Shown here one piece after another: positions 35,647-44,470 of a stretch of 64,000 bases of DNA (position 1 is its first letter; the number at the start of each line of letters is the position of its first letter). The stretch is taken from positions 68,042 to 132,041 of the forward strand of contig JAEOSK010000002.1 in assembly GCA_016840405.1 (NCBI GenBank). The letters are read 5' to 3'. A model generated the notes under the pieces. That model worked only from the letters and a program-made list of their open reading frames with translations, ran no database searches and was not told the origin of the DNA. Origin of the DNA: Candidatus Hermodarchaeum yapensis. Its GTDB lineage: Archaea > Asgardarchaeota > Hermodarchaeia > Hermodarchaeales > Hermodarchaeaceae. The position numbers and the translations under genes are program-made.

Positions 35647-36453
35647 TCATTTCTTGGGCTTGATTTTAAATGTGAAGCCTTGTTTTTCAAGAGTGGCAAG
35701 AAGGGGGTGCTTCGCCCAACCGCCCTGACATAATTTTCGAGAGATGTGCTCACACCATGAATAGGTGTCATAATCGATTGTATCTTTGCCTTTCCTGAGT
35801 GGTATCTTCGCGCTTCGTTTTATGTAGTAGTTTTGCGCGAGGTAACCTTCATCCATAGCTTTCATGCATGAAAGAATATCCTCGTCAGAATGATCATGGT
35901 AAACGTCTTTATAGGCACTAAACTCAAGTGGATATCGTGGACGAATTTCGGTATGTTCTGCTGGGTCAGGGTACCCCAGGCACAATCCCACCATGGGAAA
36001 TACTCGGTCTGGAATATTGAATAATTCGGCTAATGGCTCTGCAAAGTGTGGAATTGCACCCAAAAAAACAGATCCTAATCCGAGTGCTTCAGCTGCAAGA
36101 ATGACATTCTCGGCAACTAAACTGGCATCCTGAACCCCAAGCCATAGGGTAAAAGCATCATCTGCATCATAGCTATGTCCTCGTTTTGTCATGATTTTTT
36201 CGATTCGTCGAAGATCGATTAAGAACAGCATGAGAACTTGTGTGGTTGGGTAGGCGCCAATTTTTTGAAGTTCAGTAATTTTTTCTGAATCGCGAGTGTA
36301 GATGATGCTGCATAATTGTGCTGCAAAGGGGGCTTGGAATCCAGCTTTCAAGATTTTCTCTAATACTTCATCTGAAATGGGTTTGTCGAGAAATTGACGC
36401 ATTGATCGTCGATTGAGCATGATATCAAATACCCGTTGATTTTGATTTGACAT
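35647..36453 (-). CDS. nitroreductase-family oxidoreductase
   Basis: NRRSMRQF N-terminal motif. FMN-nitroreductase-like length and pattern. Confidence 0.8.
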   Translation of the reverse strand: MSNQNQRVFDIMLNRRSMRQFLDKPISDEVLEKILKAGFQAPFAAQLCSIIYTRDSEKITELQKIGAYPTTQVLMLFLIDLRRIEKIMTKRGHSYDADDAFTLWLGVQDASLVAENVILAAEALGLGSVFLGAIPHFAEPLAELFNIPDRVFPMVGLCLGYPDPAEHTEIRPRYPLEFSAYKDVYHDHSDEDILSCMKAMDEGYLAQNYYIKRSAKIPLRKGKDTIDYDTYSWCEHISRKLCQGGWAKHPLLATLEKQGFTFKIKPKK

Positions 36454-36535
36454 TTCGAATCACTCTTATTGTGGATTTTAGGTTCTTTGATGTGTATCTA
36501 TCAGATTAATATCATGGATACAATAATATCTTGAG

Positions 36536-36775
36536 GTGGTGGTTAAAATTCCTGTTGTTGTCTACATTTTGATTCGGGTTGAAGCTGGTAAAGTGTGGGA
36601 TGTCGCTCAAGCTATTGGAAAAATCTCGGGTGTTGACCGATCAAACGTGGTCACTGGACCTTACGATGTGATTGCGTATGCTGTCCTTCCGTCAACTGAG
36701 GATTTACGACAGTTAATGGAAGGAATTCACAGTATCGATGGTGTTACACGAACAGAAACCTGTATCGCAATCTAG
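36536..36775 (+). CDS. stand-alone Lrp/AsnC ligand-binding (RAM) domain protein
   Basis: 79 aa. VYILIRVEAG...VTGPYDVIAYAVL...IDGVTRTET pattern, no HTH. Confidence 0.7.
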   Translation: MVVKIPVVVYILIRVEAGKVWDVAQAIGKISGVDRSNVVTGPYDVIAYAVLPSTEDLRQLMEGIHSIDGVTRTETCIAI

Positions 36776-36796
36776 CAAGAAAGGTTATTAATCGAA

Positions 36797-37129
36797 TTAC
36801 CAAACCATGGGAATATAACCCTGCTTGATTAAGTCTGCTATGATGGTTCCCACGTATTCAATTTTCACGCCTAATTTCGATAATGGTTCTGAGGTGCCTT
36901 CATTATCTGAAATGAATTTACAAGCGATGGCTTCTCCAGCTAAGCAGATCTCTTGCACTTCTTTCGATAATTCCAAATCATTGGCAACCAATTGCTCAGA
37001 GGGTCCAAAAAGGATGGTCTTCACATCCTCAAGCCACTTATATTTCAACGTGTTTTTCGCATACAATAGCGCTGTTTCAACGACAGCTTTCTCACTTGAG
37101 GTAATGATTACTACAATCTTTGAACCCAT
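36797..37129 (-). CDS. DsrE/DsrF-like family protein
   Basis: KIVVIITSS...ETALLYA...ILFGPS...ACK pattern and size. ATG 37129 follows GAGGAGG, 17 nt after the upstream stop. Confidence 0.45.
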   Translation of the reverse strand: MGSKIVVIITSSEKAVVETALLYAKNTLKYKWLEDVKTILFGPSEQLVANDLELSKEVQEICLAGEAIACKFISDNEGTSEPLSKLGVKIEYVGTIIADLIKQGYIPMVW

Positions 37130-37145
37130 ATTATTGGCCTCCTCT

Positions 37146-38549
37146 CTAGCCATGGTCATGCTCGTGATGTTCATGAAAGTGTGATGGATCATAGAGATTT
37201 CCCAAAGTGGTCACGATGAGCTCGGTGAGGGCAGGGTGGATGTGCATCCCTTGAGCCAAGGTCCACATGTTGCCCCCAATCGCCATGATGTCAACGACTT
37301 CCTGTATCAGCATGGGTGCGTATGGACCAATGATGTGAAATCCTAAAATCTTGTAGGATTCCTTTTCAACAATCGCTTTGGCAAATCCGTCTTCTTCGAC
37401 CATGGCTTCACCCTTTGCCACATCGGAGTATTGTGCAGTGCCGAGGAGGAGAGCATGGGACTTTTCAGCTTCAGCCTGCGTAAGTCCGACACCGGCAATT
37501 TGTGGGTACGAAAATACCGCATAGGGAACGGCATGGAACTCCATCTTCTGCTTATGTTCATTCATAGCGTTATTCCATGCAATTTGAGCCTCGCGATTCG
37601 CGACGTGCTTGAACATATAGCGCCCTGTAACATCACCGAGTGCCCAAATATTCTTCTTACTGGTTTCAAGGAAATCATTAACAACGATGAACCCTCGATC
37701 ATCAGTTTTAACTCCCGTTTTTTCCACACATAGCACATCGGCATTTGATCGGCGACCTGTTGCGACGAGAATACGTTCACCCAAAAACTCCTGTTCTTCA
37801 GCAGTTAGGCGGTTTTCACCAATGACCATACCTCCTTTCGCAGCGCGTTTCACTTCCTTAGCCGTGGTGTTCAGGTAAATCTTCATCCGTCTTGACAAGG
37901 TTCGATAGAGGGCTTCTGAGATTTCAGGTTCATTATTCGGAACTAAACGTGGTCCACGTTGGAGTATTGTCACTTGAGAACCCATAGCAGCAAGAAAATG
38001 CCCATATTCCGCAGCAATATATCCACCACCAATGATGACGACACTTTTGGGTAATTCAGTGATTTCAAGAAGCGTCTCATTTGTTAAATAATCAATCTGG
38101 TCAAGTCCTTTAATGGGTGGAATGGAAGGTCTGGCACCTGCAACAATGAAGATTTTTTTCCCCTCGATTTTCTCACCTGCCACTTCCATTGTGTAATCTC
38201 TAATGAAATAACCTTCAGCTTCATAGAAGTCTAGGTCTCGTGCATGTTGCAGACCTGCACGCATGTGGCTGAGACCATCATCAATGGGTTGTCGCATACG
38301 CGCCATGATCGCTTTGAAATCGATCTTCTTGATTTCTGCATCAATACCGAGTCGATTGGCCTCCTGAATTTCCACGATACGATCAGCTGGATAAATGAGC
38401 ATCTTGGACGGAATACAACCGACATTCAAACAGGTTCCACCCAGCGGTCCACGATCCACATACGCAACTTTAAGACCAGCGCGGTATGCAGAATCCAAGA
38501 TGATTCCACCTGAACCAGAGCCAATCACAATAACATCGTATTTCTTCAT
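37146..38549 (-). CDS. class-I pyridine nucleotide-disulfide oxidoreductase (dihydrolipoyl dehydrogenase-like) with His-rich tail
   Basis: FAD motif VIVIGSGSGG, redox disulfide GGTCLNVGCIPSK, NAD motif VVIIGGGYIAAE, C-terminal HPALTE, tail HFHEHHEHDHG. Confidence 0.85.
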   Translation of the reverse strand: MKKYDVIVIGSGSGGIILDSAYRAGLKVAYVDRGPLGGTCLNVGCIPSKMLIYPADRIVEIQEANRLGIDAEIKKIDFKAIMARMRQPIDDGLSHMRAGLQHARDLDFYEAEGYFIRDYTMEVAGEKIEGKKIFIVAGARPSIPPIKGLDQIDYLTNETLLEITELPKSVVIIGGGYIAAEYGHFLAAMGSQVTILQRGPRLVPNNEPEISEALYRTLSRRMKIYLNTTAKEVKRAAKGGMVIGENRLTAEEQEFLGERILVATGRRSNADVLCVEKTGVKTDDRGFIVVNDFLETSKKNIWALGDVTGRYMFKHVANREAQIAWNNAMNEHKQKMEFHAVPYAVFSYPQIAGVGLTQAEAEKSHALLLGTAQYSDVAKGEAMVEEDGFAKAIVEKESYKILGFHIIGPYAPMLIQEVVDIMAIGGNMWTLAQGMHIHPALTELIVTTLGNLYDPSHFHEHHEHDHG

Positions 38550-38786
38550 AACAGAAGATTTCTGATTGTCTCCTAATATAGATTCACAACCTGCTAGTAA
38601 ACATGGGCGATTTTTCCAATTATGCCAATAAAATTGGAAAAATTCGGATATTCGCAGATTTTTCCACTATGATTTGAGCCTGAAATCTTTCAAGATATAA
38701 ATAGCAGAAGCCGTCACTTAGTTGCTGGTGACAGACACTAAGAATCGTGAATGTCATCAAGTACGAATTAATTAGGAAAGGTAAAA

Positions 38787-40457
38787 ATGACTCGGGCAAA
38801 TAATAAACGACTATTCGTTGTAGGCGTAGTAATTGGACTAATATTTCTTGGTGGCTTATCGCCGGCCCTGAATATGGTCTCAGCAACTTCAGAATATACA
38901 ATCATGCAAATTCAGGGTGATTCGTGGGAATCTCCTTATGAGGGTATGAACGTGTGGACTACTGGAGTAGTGACTGCAGATTATGTACAAGAATCTCAAC
39001 GTGGTTACTTCATTCAAGATCCTACTGGCGATGGCAATCCGGATACATCCGATGGTATCTTCGTATATGAACGATATCATCAAGTTGATGTTGGGGACTT
39101 CGTTCGTGTTAGAGGTTGGATCAACGAATATTATAATTTGACTGAGATCTCTGAATCTGAAACCGTGATACTTTCATCAGGTAATCCAATTCCTGAACCC
39201 ATAGAACTTGATCCACCAAGCGATGACAATGATTCTGATGTATACTATGAAAAACTGGAAGGCATGTTGGTTACAATTCCTGATATGCAGGTAATCGATG
39301 CCTGCAACCAGTATGACGAAACTGCGGGTTGTCGTATTTACCATAACATTGATCGTGTCTTTGAAGATGATGAAGAAAAAGGCATGATTATCGTTGTAGA
39401 TGATGCTGGTGGATTCGATCTCATTGCTCGACCAGGGAACCTCGTTTATGGCCTTACAGGTCCACTAGACTATACCTTTAGTGATTACAAAGTAATACCT
39501 CCAAGGAATTCAAAGCCTAAAATTATCCCTAAACAGTCGTCTTCTGGCATAGGAATTGGTCAAGGACGAGCTGAGGTCAAGGGACTTTCTATTGCCACAT
39601 ACAACATGTACAACTTCTTCTCTTACTATGATAACTTTGAAACGCAAAAAGCAAAACATGCCCAAGCAATCCATCGTTACTTCCGCGAACCAGACATTCT
39701 GGTGCTTGAAGAGGTCCATAATTCGTTGGTGCTTGAGGAATTAGTAGCTACAGCTCCAATCAAAGTGGACTATGGCATCGTCCATGTTGACGGTCCAGAT
39801 GAACGAGAAATCGACGTTGCAGTTCTATATAATACAGAAAAAATTAATCTCATCAATTTTGCAGTACGACAGACATGCACAGACCTTGACGATGGTTATG
39901 GACCCGGTTATGATCCCAATTTTCCATGCGATCCAGGCTTTAACCCACTGTTCTCACGACCTCCGCTAGTCGTTCATTTTGAAGTTCTAGGCAAGAAGGG
40001 CGCTTCAACAGAACTCTGGGTGATTGCAAATCACTTCAAATCGAAATCCGTGTATGAGCCATACTTTGCAGATACACTTCCACGTCGTATTGAGCAAGCT
40101 GAGTGGGTTAGCAGTCTAGTCGATGAAATTCAAGAAGGGGATCCTGAAGCAAAAGTGATTGTCGCAGGTGATCTCAACGACTTCGAATATAGCGATCCTA
40201 TCGGGGTTCTCGAGGCTGGTGGATTACGAGCTCTGATTTGGGATGTTGAGAAGGAAAATCGATACACATACAACTACCTCGGTTATTCGCAGGTACTTGA
40301 TCATATCCTCATCACTCCGTCCTTGGAGGAGGCGTATTCCGAAGTATTTATCGTTCACTTCAACTTGGACTTTCCGTTTCCATTGTATCGTGACGATACA
40401 TCTCTTGGATTGTGCAGCTCTGATCACGACGCAATAGTAGCAGGTTTCAGAATCTGA
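38787..40457 (+). CDS. secreted ExeM/NucH-type extracellular nuclease (EEP family)
   Basis: Signal anchor. N-terminal IMQIQG...GYFIQDPTGDGNPDTSDGIFVY module. EEP motifs ATYNMYNFF, LVLEEV, GDLNDF, SDHDAIV. Confidence 0.75.
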   Translation: MTRANNKRLFVVGVVIGLIFLGGLSPALNMVSATSEYTIMQIQGDSWESPYEGMNVWTTGVVTADYVQESQRGYFIQDPTGDGNPDTSDGIFVYERYHQVDVGDFVRVRGWINEYYNLTEISESETVILSSGNPIPEPIELDPPSDDNDSDVYYEKLEGMLVTIPDMQVIDACNQYDETAGCRIYHNIDRVFEDDEEKGMIIVVDDAGGFDLIARPGNLVYGLTGPLDYTFSDYKVIPPRNSKPKIIPKQSSSGIGIGQGRAEVKGLSIATYNMYNFFSYYDNFETQKAKHAQAIHRYFREPDILVLEEVHNSLVLEELVATAPIKVDYGIVHVDGPDEREIDVAVLYNTEKINLINFAVRQTCTDLDDGYGPGYDPNFPCDPGFNPLFSRPPLVVHFEVLGKKGASTELWVIANHFKSKSVYEPYFADTLPRRIEQAEWVSSLVDEIQEGDPEAKVIVAGDLNDFEYSDPIGVLEAGGLRALIWDVEKENRYTYNYLGYSQVLDHILITPSLEEAYSEVFIVHFNLDFPFPLYRDDTSLGLCSSDHDAIVAGFRI

Positions 40458-40475
40458 AACAACTCTCAATCAATT

Positions 40476-40530
40476 GGGAGCCAAGCGCACGAGCGAATCG
40501 CTGGTGAGGCTTGGACTCCCTTCACCTTTT
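40476..40530. terminator. GC-rich hairpin + T-tract between convergent genes
   Basis: GGGAGCCAAGC...GCTTGG(A)CTCCC (40476-40520) with inner AGCGA/TCGCT stem, followed by TTCACCTTTTATTT. Confidence 0.4.
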
Positions 40531-40532
40531 AT

Positions 40533-41441
40533 TTAGGATCCTTCTTCTTCAGAAATTTGGATATCAAGGATTAGTTCTTGATTCTGGATGGCGGTTCGAA
40601 ATGGTGATCCAGGGAGTTGAAGTTGAGTTACAACTGGAAGATGATCCGAAGCAAGTGAGGAAGGAACTGAATGAGATAGAACCGTAATTGATGATGTAAC
40701 AAAGACGTAATCAATTCGTTGATATGGTGCGGTTGATGGCCACGTTAAATTACCATTTTGGGAAAGGGCTACTTCAAAGGAATCGTTGAGGAAAGCAGTG
40801 ATGTCAGCATAGATGCCCTGATCTACTGGGTCGGTTGTGTAGGCATCAATGTTGAAATCGCCTGCCCAAATTTTGATGGTGCTCCCTGTTGAGGTAACAT
40901 AGGGAATTGCTACGTCGGCTTGAATGCGTCGATCTGTAGAACTAAACACAGAGAAGTGGACTGCGTAGACTGAGACATGTTGTCCGGCAATTTCGATATC
41001 GGCTCGGAGAAGCGTGTCATCCTCACTAGGACTCGGTAGGATAGTCTCCTCATAATCAAGAATAGGATACTTGCTAAGGATTACGTCACTTTGCCATATG
41101 TGATCAGCTGAGATGATGGGGGCGAGGAACATGTTGAGTTGTTGAGCGAGCCATCTGGCTTGGTCGGTGGTTCCTGACATGATGACTCCCGTATCCACTT
41201 CTTGTAGGACAATGATATCGGGATCAGATTGTTGGATGGTGGTGAGGATTCCATTCAAGTCTAGCCGGTTGTTTACGTCAAAGGCTTCATGGATGTTGTA
41301 TGTCATGACAACCACTTGGCCGGTGGGTTGTGGATTTACTTGATATGTGATGCCACCCCAAACTCCCGTTAAAATGAGGGGGAATAGGAGTAATGTGATG
41401 ATCAGAACGGAGTTCGTGTGGCGTTGGATGAATGTGCTCAT
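40533..41441 (-). CDS. membrane-anchored endonuclease/exonuclease/phosphatase (EEP) family protein
   Basis: N-terminal TM (VLIITLLLFPLILTGVWG). EEP motifs MTYNIHEAF, IIVLQEVD, AGDFNID, ASDHLPV. ATG 41441 overlaps the upstream stop (ATGA) after AAGGAGG. Confidence 0.75.
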   Translation of the reverse strand: MSTFIQRHTNSVLIITLLLFPLILTGVWGGITYQVNPQPTGQVVVMTYNIHEAFDVNNRLDLNGILTTIQQSDPDIIVLQEVDTGVIMSGTTDQARWLAQQLNMFLAPIISADHIWQSDVILSKYPILDYEETILPSPSEDDTLLRADIEIAGQHVSVYAVHFSVFSSTDRRIQADVAIPYVTSTGSTIKIWAGDFNIDAYTTDPVDQGIYADITAFLNDSFEVALSQNGNLTWPSTAPYQRIDYVFVTSSITVLSHSVPSSLASDHLPVVTQLQLPGSPFRTAIQNQELILDIQISEEEGS

Positions 41442-42679
41442 TGGCTCAACCTCCTTAGTGTATACACGGCATAGCTTGAAGCGATGCCAAGAAGAATAGC
41501 GGCGCCTAATATGATGGTTGGTGTCTGACCTGCGAAGATGCTTCCAATATCTCCAAGATAGGCGTAGGTGAAGCTGAAGGCAAACATGAAGTCCCAGAGC
41601 AGAAAGAAGAGGAAGGCTACGAACACTACGAGACAAAGAATAGTTGGGGACCATTGAAGTCTGGGATGAAGCGCAAATTGCAGAATATAGTATAGATTGA
41701 AGAGAAGTACGATGTTTATGATGATGAGAACATATGTATCAAACCATGTGGGATAGAAGGCAAATCCCGCGAAAAGCAGAATGGTGATGAAGTTTGAAAG
41801 AGCCAATGTGTACCATTTTTCTTTTTCAAAAAAGTTTCTTCCTTTGGTATGAAGAAACATTAGACCCACAAGGGTCAGAATGGAAAGAGGTAATGTTTGG
41901 ACAATAGCTATATCGAGAAGGTTATATGTCGGGAAAAGTCGGCGGAGTAGGGTGTGGGGACTCATTAACAGGCTGTGCTCAAGGAAGAGAAATGCCCCGA
42001 TTCCCGCGATAGTAAATAAGCCAGCGATTCGCGAGGTGAGTGGTTGTGGTTCCGTTTCTTCATCCAGATTTTTCGGAACGGTTGTTGGAGTGTGTGGAGA
42101 TTGTCGTTGTCTCAAAATAATGAGCCCAATCACAGTAATTGAAAAAAGAAGCTGGAGTGGAAAATAAATCATGGTCCTAGATATGTCAGAAGTTGTTCCA
42201 ACTCCCCGAAACAGAATATCAAAACTGAAGGCGAGAATGAAACATGTAGCAAGGAGGGCGGATTCACCAACTTGTCCAATTTGATGTTGGTCTTGACCTC
42301 GGCTATAAAGATAGAATGGAAGGAAAATGGCATAAAATGCTACGACCAATGATGAGAATAGAAGTTCGAATTCGTAAGCAAGTTGAAGGCTGATTGGGAT
42401 AGCAAAGATTGAGGTCAGTATGGCACTACCTATAATCATGTGATTGAGGGAGACTTTTCGATACACCAGCAGACCAAGTAGTGGTGCTCCAAATACTAGG
42501 AAGGAAATTAATGGTGTGTAGTTGCCTGTGCCCTCCCAGAGGATGTTGAAGAATGATATGTAGATGTTGACTACATAGGTTCGGAATCCTTGGAGAAAGA
42601 AGAGGGTGACAAAGAACGGTACAAGTAACTGGAAGATGAAATTTTTGGAGGGAATTTCATCAAAGGTGAAGCCATTCAT
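41438..42679 (-). CDS. polytopic integral membrane protein of unknown function (about 11-12 TM)
   Basis: 413 aa, almost entirely hydrophobic helices. Translationally coupled to the EEP gene. Confidence 0.6.
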   Translation of the reverse strand: MNGFTFDEIPSKNFIFQLLVPFFVTLFFLQGFRTYVVNIYISFFNILWEGTGNYTPLISFLVFGAPLLGLLVYRKVSLNHMIIGSAILTSIFAIPISLQLAYEFELLFSSLVVAFYAIFLPFYLYSRGQDQHQIGQVGESALLATCFILAFSFDILFRGVGTTSDISRTMIYFPLQLLFSITVIGLIILRQRQSPHTPTTVPKNLDEETEPQPLTSRIAGLFTIAGIGAFLFLEHSLLMSPHTLLRRLFPTYNLLDIAIVQTLPLSILTLVGLMFLHTKGRNFFEKEKWYTLALSNFITILLFAGFAFYPTWFDTYVLIIINIVLLFNLYYILQFALHPRLQWSPTILCLVVFVAFLFFLLWDFMFAFSFTYAYLGDIGSIFAGQTPTIILGAAILLGIASSYAVYTLRRLSQ

Positions 42680-42832
42680 TTACTATTCATTCCTTCGAGT
42701 TGTGGTCACTTTTCGCTATTACGTGTGTTATTGGATAAATATCTTGGTGCATAACTTCTTACCCATTGAATACCTTTTCAAGGGCAGATAATGCTGTATT
42801 ATGAACCATTTACAGTGAGGAAGCTATCAATT

Positions 42833-44026
42833 ATGACGAAACCAGTGAAGACTGCCGCTCGTTTGCAGGATGTCTCTCCTAGTGGTTTGCGAGAATTTTT
42901 TGAAATCGGAGCGAAGCTCGAATCGCAAGGTATGGATGTCATCTCGTTGGGAATTGGGGATTTGGATTTACCTCTTCCTCCGTTCCTAAGTGATGCAATC
43001 GCAGAGGCGTTTGCAAAGGGGCAAACACACTATTCCTCGAATGCAGGCATCATCGAGTTACGTCAAGCGATTGCTGATCGTTATGTGGACACCTATAAAA
43101 TCGAATATAACCCACAGGAAGTCCTTGTTACCTGTGGTGCTCTTGAAGGGCTCTTAGACACCATGTTAGCTCTAGTTAATCCGGGTGACCGTGTTCTAGT
43201 TCAAGATCCTGCATTTGGCTATTTCAGTAATCAAGCTAAAATTGCGGGGGCTGATGTGGAACTCATTCCCATGACTCCTGACTTTGATCTCGATGTGGAC
43301 GCCTATAGGAAGACAATTGAAGCAAACCCTCCGCAAATTGTGATTATCAACTCTCCCTGTAATCCTACTGGATCAGTGGCATCGCGAAAGAACGTCAAAG
43401 AAGTAGTTGAACTAGCCCGTGAATATGATAGTATTTTGCTTTCAGATGAGTGTTACGAGTTCCTTCGATATGATGGTCACAAACATACTTGCGCAGCTGA
43501 ATTCAACCGTGATAACGTGATTATCGTCAACAGTTTCTCGAAGACCTTTGCCATGACAGGATTACGACTGGGTTATATCATCGCTCCCACTCATTTGATG
43601 CGCCCAATCTACCAAGTTCACCAATACAATACGGCTTGTGCTCCTACACCCATCCAAGTAGGAGCTACAAAAACCCTCAACAATCCGAAAGCCTTCAAAG
43701 GTATAATTGGTCATCATCGGGCTGTGTTAGATGATCGTCGGAAAGTAGCAATAGAATGTATTAAACCGCTTAAAGGGTTCAAACTCACTTATGAACCAGT
43801 TGCTGGCTTCTACCTCTTTCCCAATGTTGAACAAACGGGCATGACAGGACCAGAATTTGCCATCACGCTATTGGAGGAAACGGGAGTTATCGTGGTTCCT
43901 GGTGATCAATTTGGTATAGCCTTCCCAAATAATATTCGAATCAGCGTAGGATCTGCTCCACCTAATCGAATTCGGGAAGCCGCATCAAGAATTACTACGT
44001 TTCTTGAAAAAAGATCAGAGGGGTAA
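42833..44026 (+). CDS. class-I/II pyridoxal-phosphate aminotransferase (aspartate aminotransferase-like)
   Basis: PLP-Lys motif NSFSKTFAMTGLRLGY and SPCNPTG. ATG 42833 after GTGAGGAAG. Confidence 0.85.
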   Translation: MTKPVKTAARLQDVSPSGLREFFEIGAKLESQGMDVISLGIGDLDLPLPPFLSDAIAEAFAKGQTHYSSNAGIIELRQAIADRYVDTYKIEYNPQEVLVTCGALEGLLDTMLALVNPGDRVLVQDPAFGYFSNQAKIAGADVELIPMTPDFDLDVDAYRKTIEANPPQIVIINSPCNPTGSVASRKNVKEVVELAREYDSILLSDECYEFLRYDGHKHTCAAEFNRDNVIIVNSFSKTFAMTGLRLGYIIAPTHLMRPIYQVHQYNTACAPTPIQVGATKTLNNPKAFKGIIGHHRAVLDDRRKVAIECIKPLKGFKLTYEPVAGFYLFPNVEQTGMTGPEFAITLLEETGVIVVPGDQFGIAFPNNIRISVGSAPPNRIREAASRITTFLEKRSEG

Positions 44027-44037
44027 GTACCCCTCAT

Positions 44038-44370
44038 CTATTTGAAAATAAGAAGTATTGCGCCAATTATCACCAAAATGGCACCAATGTCTCCACCAAA
44101 GATGAAGAGAATGATGCCTAGGATAAGAAGCATGATCCAATTCTTTTCAAGCTTCCAGGGGAGATTGATGAAACCAGATGTAGCTAGCGTGATCAAGGAT
44201 ACAATGATTACAATGATACCAAAGATAAGTTCGAGGCCCCAGCCCCAGAATATTGGAAATATGCTCCAACCGATACCGGGGATGAGCCTGATGATACCGA
44301 AAATCAGTGAAATGATTGCACCAATGAGTACGAGAATCTCGCCAACTTTTTGAATAGAACTTTTTGCCAT
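44038..44370 (-). CDS. small 4-TM membrane protein (similar to 20695/21166 family)
   Basis: 110 aa, hydrophobic, C-terminal GGDIGAILVIIGAILLIF. Confidence 0.5.
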   Translation of the reverse strand: MAKSSIQKVGEILVLIGAIISLIFGIIRLIPGIGWSIFPIFWGWGLELIFGIIVIIVSLITLATSGFINLPWKLEKNWIMLLILGIILFIFGGDIGAILVIIGAILLIFK

Positions 44371-44470
44371 TGTAGATACCTCTTGAAGTATTTGGTATTA
44401 CTATCATCAAATGATAGTTGAACTGCACCACAGCTGTATTATCTTAAAAATCTAGTGAGCCCAACTAGTT

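Noticed and set aside
41442-41654. The 71-aa N-terminal extension of the EEP ORF (MVPNYSLSRS...).
   Set aside because: It lies entirely inside the upstream membrane-protein gene in another frame and is Arg/Ser/His-rich. The internal ATG at 41441 has AAGGAGG and an ATGA overlap, and is followed by a signal anchor.
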